A stretch of 64,000 nt of DNA from the IMG/VR virus record IMGVR_UViG_3300034283_001314; one strand, given 5' to 3'. The DNA is from a virus. Lineage: Duplodnaviria; Heunggongvirae; Uroviricota; Caudoviricetes. The position numbers and the translations under genes are program-made. The stretch's first letter is position 1, and each line of letters opens with the position of its first letter. The notes under the pieces were generated by a model. That model did no database searches. It was not told the origin of the DNA and saw only the letters and a program-made list of their open reading frames with translations. This document shows, in pieces, positions 47,229-57,184 of the stretch.

Positions 47229-48703
47229 TGAAAAAATGGATATCAACATTACTAATAATTGTTATATCCCTAACGGTATTTAAAGCCGAAGGACAAACTT
47301 ATACCCAATCATTTATAGATAAGTGTACCGGTGAGAGAAAGGTTGCAACTACAACAATGATAAATGGTAGTGCAACAGTTTCTTTTTACAATGAGGTAAG
47401 AACATTCACACCATTAGAAGTTCAAACAGGACAATTACAACTTTGGATAAATCAAGTCTATCTTAGATATTCAACTGCAGCATGTCCTACAAATGTAGTA
47501 GTTCAACAAACGGTAACTAATGCGGTAGCACAAACGGCATCAAACGCGGCAAGTAGTGCAGCAAGTAATGCAGCATCTGCCGCAGCAAGTAGTGCAGCAT
47601 CTACCGCTGCAAAACCACCTACTATAAATGTACCGCCACCACCACCACCTCCGGCGGCATCGGCACCTCCACCACCGGCACCAACGGCATCGGCACCACC
47701 TCCGGCAAGTAGTAGTTCATCAAATCCTCCACCTGCAAGTGGTGGTTCTACACAAAGTGGGGGTAGTTCTTCATCATCTTCGTCACAAAGTTCGGGCAGT
47801 TCATCTTCATCGGGAGAGAGTTCATCTAGCAGTAGTTCATCTTCATCCGAAAGTAAGACTGAAACTAAATCGGAAACAAAGAGTGAATCGAAATCAGAAA
47901 GTAAAAGTGAAGAGAAAAAATCGGAAAGTAAGAGTGAAGAAAAGAAAGAAGAGAAAAAATCTGAAGAGAAAAAAGAAGAAAAGAAAGAGGAAAAAAAGGA
48001 AGAAAAGAAGGAGGAAAAGAAAAAAGAAGAAAAGAAAAAAAGTGGTAACTTAAATCCAATGTTAGTATCATCGGATTACTCAGTTGTAGAAAGTGCAGAT
48101 AGAAAGTTTGGTTCTATATTAGGATTGGGTTGGAGTAGAGCAAGTATGGCGGGTGATGAGATGTTCTCTGCAAACGCAATGATATGGTCTAATTTGAAAC
48201 AATTTGCATTGGGTGGTGGTTATACTAAAATGGAATTTAATGAGGGTAAATTGGATGCAATACACTCTTACGGAGTAACTGGTGCATATTTGGATGGAAA
48301 CTATATGGGATTGTTAGGATATACATGGATTAAACCACATCCTAAATACGGAACATATGGTTATAATGTGGGTATGGTAAATCTATTCTTAAAAAATGCA
48401 GAGAATAAATTTGATTATTCTATCATAACATCAGCTGTTGCATTTTGGACTAAACCTTATCAGTATTCAAAGAAACTTACAATATCACCACAAGTATTCA
48501 TAATGTCATCTCCGTTATCCTATAATTCATCAACAGGTGGTACTACGGTAAATAGACATGCGGGATTCTTAATGGGTTCATCTTTTGACTATAAATTGAG
48601 TAAAAGATTCGGATTCAGTTTTAACTACAAATTCAATGGTTCTACACAACCAAATACACCATTATTACATATGTTTTTGGTGGGTTCTAGACTAATGTTA
48701 TAG
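47228..48703 (+). CDS. secreted protein with long low-complexity linker and C-terminal beta-barrel
   Basis: signal peptide; A/S, P, S and EEKK tracts; C-terminal amphipathic strands similar to 41665. Confidence 0.6.
   Translation: MKKWISTLLIIVISLTVFKAEGQTYTQSFIDKCTGERKVATTTMINGSATVSFYNEVRTFTPLEVQTGQLQLWINQVYLRYSTAACPTNVVVQQTVTNAVAQTASNAASSAASNAASAAASSAASTAAKPPTINVPPPPPPPAASAPPPPAPTASAPPPASSSSSNPPPASGGSTQSGGSSSSSSSQSSGSSSSSGESSSSSSSSSSESKTETKSETKSESKSESKSEEKKSESKSEEKKEEKKSEEKKEEKKEEKKEEKKEEKKKEEKKKSGNLNPMLVSSDYSVVESADRKFGSILGLGWSRASMAGDEMFSANAMIWSNLKQFALGGGYTKMEFNEGKLDAIHSYGVTGAYLDGNYMGLLGYTWIKPHPKYGTYGYNVGMVNLFLKNAENKFDYSIITSAVAFWTKPYQYSKKLTISPQVFIMSSPLSYNSSTGGTTVNRHAGFLMGSSFDYKLSKRFGFSFNYKFNGSTQPNTPLLHMFLVGSRLML
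47520..48040 (+). repeat. coding low-complexity tracts (AASSAAS, PPPP, poly-S, ESKS and EEKK repeats)
   Basis: visible tandem degenerate codon repeats. Confidence 0.8.
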
Positions 48704-48744
48704 ATTTTTTGGTAAATTAAGGGAATTGTCGTATATTAGAGTAT

Positions 48745-49617
48745 ATGGCAAAAGTAAGTTATTCACAATACACAATGTGGGCAAATTGTCCACAACAATA
48801 CAAGTTAGCATACATAGATAAACTAAGTGAATCTAAATCAAATATCAATATGGTATTTGGAACAGCTATGCACGAAGTTTTACAACACTATCTTACTGTC
48901 TTTTACGGAGTAAGTAAAAAACAGGCTAATCAATTAGACCTTAAAGGTATGTTATTAGAGGCTCTTAAATCCAATTTTAAGAAGGAACAAGAGAAGTTTA
49001 GTGATGGTGAGGTAGTTTGTACTAAAGAGGAATTAGAGGAGTTCTATGGGGATGGTATTGAGATATTAAACTGGTTTGAAAAACATAGTGATAGATTGTT
49101 TTCAAAGAAAGGATGGGAATTGGTAGGAGTAGAAAAAGTGCTTAATCTAAAGGTAGCTGAAAATGTAAATTATATGGGATTCATTGACGTTCTTTTGAAA
49201 CATAAAGAAAGTGGTGAATACTATATTATAGATTTTAAGACTAGTGGTAGGGGTTGGACAAAGGATATGAAAAAAGATAAAACCAAAATCAACCAATTAT
49301 TACTTTACAAATACTTTCTATCTATTCAGTATGGCATTGATATAGAAAAAATCAAAGTTGAATATCATATCATCAAACGAAAGGTAAATAAAGATTTTGA
49401 ATATCCTATTCCACATATATCAGCATTTATACCGGCACATGGAACTAATACTACATTGAAAGGCTATAAAGAATTTATGCAGTTTGTAAATTCAGTATTC
49501 AACGAAGATGGTAGTTACAAATTAGATGGAGATTATACACCAAATCCAGGTGAAAAAAATAAGAATTGTAGATGGTGTGAATTTAAGGATAGAAAATTGT
49601 GTTCTTTATTTCAATAA
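48745..49617 (+). CDS. PD-(D/E)xK exonuclease (RecB/Cas4-like, PDDEXK_1)
   Basis: SYS, CP, GTAMH, GFID, IIDFKTS, QL..Y, CRWCEF...C. Confidence 0.85.
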   Translation: MAKVSYSQYTMWANCPQQYKLAYIDKLSESKSNINMVFGTAMHEVLQHYLTVFYGVSKKQANQLDLKGMLLEALKSNFKKEQEKFSDGEVVCTKEELEEFYGDGIEILNWFEKHSDRLFSKKGWELVGVEKVLNLKVAENVNYMGFIDVLLKHKESGEYYIIDFKTSGRGWTKDMKKDKTKINQLLLYKYFLSIQYGIDIEKIKVEYHIIKRKVNKDFEYPIPHISAFIPAHGTNTTLKGYKEFMQFVNSVFNEDGSYKLDGDYTPNPGEKNKNCRWCEFKDRKLCSLFQ

Positions 49618-49658
49618 TTATATATTTATATACATATATAAAATTAAAAGGAAATATT

Positions 49659-49856
49659 ATGGCAGAAAAGACACAATTAACATCTGTAAAAATATTGACC
49701 GGTTTATACAAAGATTTCAAAGTATTTACAATTACTGATGGAATTACGTTACAAAAATTGGTTAATAGAAGTTTAGACCTCTATATGAATGATTTGGATT
49801 ATAGAGATAGATTAACAAAATATTCAGAGTTACAAGTAAGTGGTTCACAATTTTAA
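49659..49856 (+). CDS. small ribbon-helix-helix-like protein
   Basis: LTSVKI...YKDFK...ITLQKLVNRSLDLY. Confidence 0.5.
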   Translation: MAEKTQLTSVKILTGLYKDFKVFTITDGITLQKLVNRSLDLYMNDLDYRDRLTKYSELQVSGSQF

Positions 49857-49872
49857 GAAACAAAAATAAGTT

Positions 49873-51276
49873 ATGGCAAAAAAGAAAATCTTATTGTTAG
49901 CAGATGATTTAAGAATGACTAGTGGTATTGCAAATATGAGCAAACAATTAGTAATGGGTTCGTTAAATGAATACGATTGGGTACAAATTGGTGCAGCAGT
50001 TAAACATCCTGAAGAAGGAAAAATTTTAGATTTATGTGATGATGTTCGTAGTAGAACAGGAATTGAAGATGCGTATTTAAAAATATATCCATCTAGTGGT
50101 TATGGTACTCCTGAAAAGTTAAGAGAAGTAATGAATTTGGAAAATCCAGACGCTATCTTACACTTTACAGATCCGAGATATTGGATTTGGTTATATGATA
50201 TCGAACATGAAATCAGACAAACTACACCAATATTTTTCTACCACATTTGGGATGATATGCCAGACCCAAAATACAATAGAGATTATTACGAAAGTTGTGA
50301 TTGGATTGGTACAATATCTAAACAAACATTTGGTATTACAAATAGAGTTTGGAGTTTAACTACAAAGGATAGATGGAAACAACCTGCTGATTGGCAAGTA
50401 AGTTATGTACCACATGGTATTAATCCAGATGATTATAAACCAACAGAAGTACCAGCAGATTTTCGTAAACAAGTTTTAGGTGGTAAAGATTACGATTTTG
50501 TATTGTATTGGAGTAATAGAAATATTCGTAGAAAACAACCAATTGAAGTTATTTACGCATTCAAAGAATTTATTTCTAAATTACCAAAAGAAAAAGCAGA
50601 TAAATGTGTATTATTAATGCACACACAGCCAGTAGATGAAAATGGTACTGATTTACCTAAAGTGGTATTAGATAACGCATCGGAATGTAATGTATTATTT
50701 GATACTGGTAGATGGAATGAAGAACAATTAAACTACCTTTATAACATAGCTGATGTAACACTTAATGTTGCATCAAATGAAGGATTTGGTTTAGCAACAG
50801 CTGAATCAATTATGGCAGGTACACCTATTATTGTAAACGTAACAGGTGGTATGCAAGACCAATGTGGTTTCTTATTCCAAAATGATGAAGTGGGTGGAAA
50901 TTGGGATTACACAAGACCATCGGATTATGTAAAATGGGGTTCACTACATGATTGGAGATTGTGGAAAGATAAATTGAAGTGGGGAGATTGGGTAACTCCA
51001 GTATGGCCTACATCCCGTTCATTTACAGGTTCAGTTCCTACACCTTATATATTTGAAGACCATATTGATTATGTTGAAGTAGCAGATTCAATTAAGTATT
51101 GGTATGATATGGGTATAGAGAAAAGAAAAGAAAAAGGTTTATTAGGTAGAGATTTTGCTTTAGGTGTGGGTGGATTGAGTGTTAAGAATATGTGTCAAAC
51201 TCTAATTAATGGAATGAACACTGCATTCAAAAATTGGAAACCTAGAAAAAAATATGAATTATTCAAAATAAAATAA
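49873..51276 (+). CDS. GT4 (GT-B) glycosyltransferase
   Basis: VPHGI, NRNIRRK, EGFGLATAES. Confidence 0.85.
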   Translation: MAKKKILLLADDLRMTSGIANMSKQLVMGSLNEYDWVQIGAAVKHPEEGKILDLCDDVRSRTGIEDAYLKIYPSSGYGTPEKLREVMNLENPDAILHFTDPRYWIWLYDIEHEIRQTTPIFFYHIWDDMPDPKYNRDYYESCDWIGTISKQTFGITNRVWSLTTKDRWKQPADWQVSYVPHGINPDDYKPTEVPADFRKQVLGGKDYDFVLYWSNRNIRRKQPIEVIYAFKEFISKLPKEKADKCVLLMHTQPVDENGTDLPKVVLDNASECNVLFDTGRWNEEQLNYLYNIADVTLNVASNEGFGLATAESIMAGTPIIVNVTGGMQDQCGFLFQNDEVGGNWDYTRPSDYVKWGSLHDWRLWKDKLKWGDWVTPVWPTSRSFTGSVPTPYIFEDHIDYVEVADSIKYWYDMGIEKRKEKGLLGRDFALGVGGLSVKNMCQTLINGMNTAFKNWKPRKKYELFKIK

Positions 51277-51279
51277 GTT

Positions 51280-52554
51280 ATGGCAGAAATTAAAAAACCA
51301 TTATTAGTATTTCAAGCACCGGTAGCAACAAGAAGTGGATATGGTGACCACGCTAGAGATTTAGTTAGAAGTTTGATAAAGTTGGATAAGTATGATATAA
51401 AGATTGTATCAACGAGATGGGGGTCTACACCAATGACAGGTTTAGATGGTAATAAAGAATCTGATAAAGAAATTATAAGTAGAATAGGATTACCAATTGA
51501 AAGAGCACCGGATGTGTTTATACAAGTTACGGTGGCAAATGAGTTTCAACCAAAAGGAACATATAACATTGGAATCACAGCAGGAGTAGAAACGACAGTT
51601 GCACCTATTGATTTTATACATGGTTGTAATAGAATGGATTTGATTATTGTACCATCTGAATTTACAAAAGATGTGTTACTTAAAACAGCTTATCAAGAAA
51701 AAGATAACAGAACAGGACAGGTAATTAATAACTTTAAAATTACAAAACCAATTGAAGTTTTATTTGAAGGATTTAACAACGAAACATTTGGTGCCGATGC
51801 AGTTCCCTACATTGGTGAATTAGATAATATTAAAGAGGATTTTGCATTCTTAATTACAGGTCATTGGTTAGCAGGAGATTTAGGACATGATAGAAAAGAT
51901 ATAGGTATGACAATTAAATCTTTTTGCCACGCATTTAGAGGTGATAAAAAAGCACCGGCATTGGTTCTTAAAACATCATCCGCAGGATTTGGGGTTAGAG
52001 ATAGAGAAGCTATGGCAGGTAGAATCGAAGAACTTACACAAGAGTTTGGTAAAGATTGTCCTCCTATCTATTTACTACATGGTGAATTTACCGAAGATGA
52101 AATGCATGGTTTATACGAACATCCAAAAGTAAAAGCAATGGTATCGTTTACACATGGTGAAGGATTTGGTAGACCACTTTTAGAATTTAGTTTGACGGGT
52201 AAGCCGGTGATTGCATCTAATTGGAGTGGTCAATTGGATTTCTTAAAAGAAGGTGCGGTATTATTGGATGGAGAATTAAAAGAAGTACATCCATCAGCAC
52301 AAAATCAATTCTTACTTCAGGGTAGTAAATGGTTTTATGTGAATTATTCTAACGCAATTAATAAATTAAAAGATATTTATAAGAACTACGATAAGTATAA
52401 AGTTGAATCTAAAAAATTGGGTAAGCATAATAACGAAAACTTTAGCTTAGAAAAAATGACTAAATTATTTGATACAATATTAAACGAAAAAGTTCCAACA
52501 ATAAAGCAATTTATACCATTAAATTTACCAACACTTAAGAAAGTAGATGACTAG
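51280..52554 (+). CDS. GT4 (GT-B) glycosyltransferase
   Basis: SGYG, RKDI, GEGFGRPLLEF. Confidence 0.85.
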   Translation: MAEIKKPLLVFQAPVATRSGYGDHARDLVRSLIKLDKYDIKIVSTRWGSTPMTGLDGNKESDKEIISRIGLPIERAPDVFIQVTVANEFQPKGTYNIGITAGVETTVAPIDFIHGCNRMDLIIVPSEFTKDVLLKTAYQEKDNRTGQVINNFKITKPIEVLFEGFNNETFGADAVPYIGELDNIKEDFAFLITGHWLAGDLGHDRKDIGMTIKSFCHAFRGDKKAPALVLKTSSAGFGVRDREAMAGRIEELTQEFGKDCPPIYLLHGEFTEDEMHGLYEHPKVKAMVSFTHGEGFGRPLLEFSLTGKPVIASNWSGQLDFLKEGAVLLDGELKEVHPSAQNQFLLQGSKWFYVNYSNAINKLKDIYKNYDKYKVESKKLGKHNNENFSLEKMTKLFDTILNEKVPTIKQFIPLNLPTLKKVDD

Positions 52555-53092
52555 TAGTTTTTTTTATTATAAACCATACTTTTACAAAGAAGTTAATATA
52601 TCATATAATGATGTTAAGATAGGTGGTTTTTATAGAATATATAATTACAAATATGAGGATACCGGTAAAGCAAAAACCTATACTGAAGCAAAGACTCCTA
52701 TTATTTTAGTGATAGGAAAAGATCCGAGAAAATTATTAGTACATTGTATAAAATTAAATAATCTACCATTTAGACGATTTTTAAAATTATATGAAGATAT
52801 TCAAAATGAAGTTTATACTAAAGAGTTAATTTTAGAAATTGAAAAATATACGGAAGATGTTAAAGTAAAACAAAAATTAAAATATAGTAGGGGAGCTAAA
52901 CCAATTATAATAGATAAAACAGGTAGAGCTTTTTATACAAAAAAAGTTACAAGAAATAAAGATTTAGAAAAATACGATACATACAGAACATACAAACGGA
53001 TGAATTTAAAAAACATTAAAGAATTATATTTGAATGTATCTAAATTAAAAAGTAGAATTGGTTTAAAAAACTTTAATGAAGAAAAAGATTAA
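52547..53092 (+). CDS. basic hypothetical protein (possibly T4 gp2 DNA end protector-like)
   Basis: PIILVIG...HCIKLNNLP...YRTY; weak resemblance only. Confidence 0.35.
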   Translation: MTSSFFYYKPYFYKEVNISYNDVKIGGFYRIYNYKYEDTGKAKTYTEAKTPIILVIGKDPRKLLVHCIKLNNLPFRRFLKLYEDIQNEVYTKELILEIEKYTEDVKVKQKLKYSRGAKPIIIDKTGRAFYTKKVTRNKDLEKYDTYRTYKRMNLKNIKELYLNVSKLKSRIGLKNFNEEKD

Positions 53093-53094
53093 TT

Positions 53095-53721
53095 ATGAAA
53101 ATAAGTTACGCAGTTACGGTCGCAGATGAAATAAAGGAAATACAACAATTACTTCCGTTATTAATACAAAATAAACAAAATACAGATGAAATTGTAGTTC
53201 AATACGATAACCAAAAAGTTACGGTTGAAGTTTTAGAATACCTAAATGATTTAGTGTATGATAAGAAAATAGATAGATTAGTTGGATATCCATTAAATGG
53301 TGATTTTGGAACATATAAACAACATCTAAACCAAAATTGTCAAGGTGAATGGATATTTCAATTAGATGCAGATGAACTATTAGAAGAACAATTAATTAGT
53401 AATTTAGGTACGATACTTAATGGTAATGATAGTATTGATATGTTCTTTATTCCAAGAATTAATATTGTAAATGGTTTAACTGAAGCACATATCCAAAAAT
53501 GGAAATGGCAAGTTAATGATAAAGGTTGGGTAAATTTTCCAGATGTACAAGGTAGATTATATAAAAATAAACAATCTATTTTTTGGGCAGGAAAAGTACA
53601 TGAACAATTACAAGGATTCGAAAGTTATACTATATTCCCACAAGATGAAATGTATTGTATCAAACACATTAAAGAAATAGAAAGACAAGAAAGGCAAAAT
53701 AATTTCTATGAGCAATTATAA
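53095..53721 (+). CDS. GT2 glycosyltransferase
   Basis: WIFQLDADE, PRIN, PDVQGR, KVHE. Confidence 0.85.
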   Translation: MKISYAVTVADEIKEIQQLLPLLIQNKQNTDEIVVQYDNQKVTVEVLEYLNDLVYDKKIDRLVGYPLNGDFGTYKQHLNQNCQGEWIFQLDADELLEEQLISNLGTILNGNDSIDMFFIPRINIVNGLTEAHIQKWKWQVNDKGWVNFPDVQGRLYKNKQSIFWAGKVHEQLQGFESYTIFPQDEMYCIKHIKEIERQERQNNFYEQL

Positions 53722-54349
53722 AGAAGTTACAGTAGTTTGTACAAGTTGTAATAGACCAGATTTATTAGAGAAAACATTAGATAGTTTTCATACATATAAC
53801 ACCTATCAATGTGAGTCAATCAATGTAATAGATGATAGTGGTGTGGTTGGGTGTAATGACCATTTAAAAGAGAAATTCCCATCTGTAAATTTTTGGTACA
53901 ATAAAATAAATTTAGGACAAGTTGCAAGTATTGATAAAATGTATGGGTATGTAGGTACTCCATATGTTTTTCATATGGAAGAAGATTGGGAATTTTACAA
54001 AGAAGGATTTATAGAAGCATGTTTAGATGTAATTGATTTAGATGAGAAAATTATATGTGTATGGACAAGAGACCCTAACGATACACCACATCCAACTATT
54101 GACCCTACCTATGATATAAATGGTAGAGGTGTTAGACGATTGGTGTGGGGATTTGATGGACATTGGCACGGATTTACATTCAATCCATCTTTAAAGAAAA
54201 TGAAAGATTGGGATGGATATGCAAAAATTGGTAGAGAATTAGAATTAAGTAAATATTATTATGAACAAGATTATTTCGCTATGATATTCACCGAAGGATA
54301 TTGTAAACACATTGGATGGAATAGACATGTAACTGATAAAGGAGAATAA
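53708..54349 (+). CDS. GT2-like glycosyltransferase
   Basis: TSCNRPDLL, IDD, HMEEDW, FTFNP, HIG. Confidence 0.75.
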   Translation: MSNYKEVTVVCTSCNRPDLLEKTLDSFHTYNTYQCESINVIDDSGVVGCNDHLKEKFPSVNFWYNKINLGQVASIDKMYGYVGTPYVFHMEEDWEFYKEGFIEACLDVIDLDEKIICVWTRDPNDTPHPTIDPTYDINGRGVRRLVWGFDGHWHGFTFNPSLKKMKDWDGYAKIGRELELSKYYYEQDYFAMIFTEGYCKHIGWNRHVTDKGE

Positions 54350-54350
54350 A

Positions 54351-54920
54351 ATGAAAAAATTAAATGAAATTATTGATTGGTATGGTAGTGATAAAAATTT
54401 AAGTGGATATACACCATATTATGTAGAAATTTTTGAGAGTATTAGAGAACAAAAGATTGAGTTATTAGAAATTGGAATTGGTACAATTATACAACATGCA
54501 CCAAGTAGTATGGCAAACACTAGAATACAAAACTACAAACCTGGTGCAAGTTTAAGGAGTTGGCAAGAATATTTTACAAACGCTAGCATTTATGGTGGAG
54601 ATATTCAATTCGATACACAATTTTCTGAAGATAGAATTAAAACATTTTTATTTGATTCAACAAAAAAATTCGAATGTGATGTTACATTAGAAGATATGCA
54701 ATTTGATATTATAATTGATGATGGGTGGCATTGGTATGAAGCACAATTAAATACATTTGATAATTTATATAATAGAGTAAAATCAGGTGGATATTATGTA
54801 ATAGAAGATATTGAACAGGGTAGTGGTAGTCCACTATTCGGTGAGATGGAAAAAAAATTAAATGGAATTAAATATACAACAAGTGATGCAAAAAATTTAA
54901 TGATAATATGCAAACCATAG
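54351..54920 (+). CDS. class I SAM-dependent O-methyltransferase
   Basis: LLEIGI, GASL..W..YF, FDIIIDDG.H, GGYYVIED. Confidence 0.85.
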   Translation: MKKLNEIIDWYGSDKNLSGYTPYYVEIFESIREQKIELLEIGIGTIIQHAPSSMANTRIQNYKPGASLRSWQEYFTNASIYGGDIQFDTQFSEDRIKTFLFDSTKKFECDVTLEDMQFDIIIDDGWHWYEAQLNTFDNLYNRVKSGGYYVIEDIEQGSGSPLFGEMEKKLNGIKYTTSDAKNLMIICKP

Positions 54921-56071
54921 AAGTAATACCACAAATAACATTTGCAATAGCAAGTAAGAATAACTTTCGTTATGTAAAACATGCTGTTAAATATATTAGA
55001 GAAAATTGTTATCGTAAAGATCACATAATCCATATTGGAATTGATGGTGAAGATATTGAATTAGAAGAGTGGGTAAAAGAACAAAACCAAAATGGTGATA
55101 TCAACATACTGGTATCTAATGGTGTTAGTGGAATAGCAGCTATCTACAATGATATTGCAAAAAAAGCAACAACGGATTTTATCATTATATACCATGCTGA
55201 TATGATAGCAGGTAAAGATGTGGATTTGTATTTATATAAACAATGGAAGCAAGGTACGATAGTATCAGCTACTCGTATAGAACCACCTTTACATCCAGCC
55301 GATCCGGCAAAGATAGTAGATAACTTTGGATTATGGCCAGAGGAAGATTTTACCGATGGATTTAAGAAAGAACAATTCAATCAATTTGTAGAAAACAATT
55401 TGGATAATGATAAAATTACAAAAGGTGTATTTGCACCTTGGTTAATTCACACAAAAGATTATTGGGAAGTTGGTGGACATGATGAAACCCTAAACTCACA
55501 TAGTGAAGATAGAGACCTATTCAATCGTTTTTTATTAAATGGATTTGATTTCGTTCAACCATGGAACTCAATGGTATATCATTTGACATGTAGAGGTGGA
55601 CAATTTGAACACGCGATCTCAACTGAAAACTTACAAACAAAATCGGAAAGTTGGAATGCATTAGCAGCAGAAAATACAAAGAAGTTTATTCGTAAATGGG
55701 GAACTACTCCATTATATAATGAATTTCAATATCCAATTGTAGCACCTAAATATAATATTGGTTTAATCATTAATAACGCATCAATGGATTTAGTTATATT
55801 TTTAGAACCATACTTTACAACAATATACACTAACAATTTAGGTAAAGTTGAAGGTGTTAGTAAATTAAAAGATATTAATGATGAACTTACCAATGATATT
55901 TTTGTTACATTAAATGCAGAGCAACTAACTAATGAAAATATAGGATTTTTATTTCAATTACCACATATTTTAAAACAAAGTGGAGAAGTGGGTAGTATGA
56001 AATACGATATTTTTAATTTGTATATAAAATCATTAATAGAATATCAAAACGATTTAATTAAAGTAAATTAA
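54908..56071 (+). CDS. GT2 glycosyltransferase
   Basis: HADM, TRIEPP, GGHDE..SED, VYH. Confidence 0.8.
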   Translation: MQTIEVIPQITFAIASKNNFRYVKHAVKYIRENCYRKDHIIHIGIDGEDIELEEWVKEQNQNGDINILVSNGVSGIAAIYNDIAKKATTDFIIIYHADMIAGKDVDLYLYKQWKQGTIVSATRIEPPLHPADPAKIVDNFGLWPEEDFTDGFKKEQFNQFVENNLDNDKITKGVFAPWLIHTKDYWEVGGHDETLNSHSEDRDLFNRFLLNGFDFVQPWNSMVYHLTCRGGQFEHAISTENLQTKSESWNALAAENTKKFIRKWGTTPLYNEFQYPIVAPKYNIGLIINNASMDLVIFLEPYFTTIYTNNLGKVEGVSKLKDINDELTNDIFVTLNAEQLTNENIGFLFQLPHILKQSGEVGSMKYDIFNLYIKSLIEYQNDLIKVN

Positions 56072-56102
56072 TCTTATATTTATATATTAGAGGAAAAATA
56101 AT

Positions 56103-56816
56103 ATGCCAGCAGTAAGTAAAGCACAACAAAAATTTATGGGAATGGTTCACGCCGCACAAAAAGGTGAAGAACCATCTAGTCCAGAAGTAGCAAAAGTAGC
56201 TAAAGATATGAGTAAGAAATCAGCAAAAGATTTTGCATCCACAAAACATAAAGGATTACCTAACAAAGTAGTGGAATCTAGTTATGATAGTGAAACTGAT
56301 GATTTAGTATCTGCAATCGTAGTTAATCCAGCAAGAGTGGAAAGTAAATTACCAAAACCTACAAATGAAATTTTGTGGAAAGCAACCGGTAAAGTATGTG
56401 AAGGCAGAGGGATGGCAGAAAGAGTTAAGATGTATGAAAAGAAAGGTGGTGGTTGGAGAATGGGTGAGAATAGAGATGAGCAAGTATACAACAGCATAAA
56501 AGAATTCTATTACAATGAAGTTAAAAAACAAAATGTAAAAGAAGTAAGTGATTTTGTAGATGAAGGTGGTGAAGGAGATCATGAAGTATCTATGGCAAGA
56601 AATGCATTACAGGCTATAGCAAGAAACTCACAAGAAATAATGGGAAAGATTGGAATAAATGAAAAAGATATTCCAGGATGGATACAAGACCATATCTCAC
56701 AAGCAAATAGTTTTCTAAATCAGGTAGCACAAAACTATCATGAAGTAGAAGGTGATGCAAATAATAAAGACAATTTCGTAACTAACGACCCTAACAATAA
56801 ATCTAATGGAAAATAA
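56103..56816 (+). CDS. multi-module phage protein (DUF3008-like N-terminus), probably virion-associated
   Basis: MPAVSKAQQKFMGMV...KDFASTKHKGLP; DHEVSMA...IPGWIQ module. Confidence 0.55.
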   Translation: MPAVSKAQQKFMGMVHAAQKGEEPSSPEVAKVAKDMSKKSAKDFASTKHKGLPNKVVESSYDSETDDLVSAIVVNPARVESKLPKPTNEILWKATGKVCEGRGMAERVKMYEKKGGGWRMGENRDEQVYNSIKEFYYNEVKKQNVKEVSDFVDEGGEGDHEVSMARNALQAIARNSQEIMGKIGINEKDIPGWIQDHISQANSFLNQVAQNYHEVEGDANNKDNFVTNDPNNKSNGK

Positions 56817-57180
56817 AGAATTAGAAGTATACATTTTTAATTTAATGCAGTTTCAATCACAAGTTAAAATATGGCATTGGCAAACTAAAATATATTCTAA
56901 ACATCAGGCATTAGGTGAATTGTATGATTTTATATCAACTCAATTAGATGAATTTACCGAAACAGCAATGGGTAAATATGGTAGACCAGATTCTAGTGGT
57001 ATAACTCACACATTCGTAAATTTAAATGATAAAGAAATTATTACAACAATAGATAAGTATATTGAAGAATCCATTAAATTAGGTGAAGTACTACCAAAAG
57101 AAGATACTGATTTGTTAAATTTAAGAGATGAAATTATCGGAAACTTAAATAAAACAAAATACTTATTGACATTAAAATAA
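56806..57180 (+). CDS. ferritin/Dps-like four-helix protein (DUF5856-like)
   Basis: HWQT..Y..H.AL..LYD, D.F.E, DLLNLRDEI...KYLLTLK. Confidence 0.7.
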   Translation: MENKELEVYIFNLMQFQSQVKIWHWQTKIYSKHQALGELYDFISTQLDEFTETAMGKYGRPDSSGITHTFVNLNDKEIITTIDKYIEESIKLGEVLPKEDTDLLNLRDEIIGNLNKTKYLLTLK

Positions 57181-57184
57181 GGTT

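Noticed and set aside
47628-48053. His/Arg/Lys-rich ORF
   Set aside because: Alternative frame of the low-complexity linker of 47228.
48745-49617. CRISPR-Cas system suggested by the Cas4-like nuclease
   Set aside because: No repeat-spacer array or other cas gene is visible; solo PD-(D/E)xK exonucleases are common in phages.
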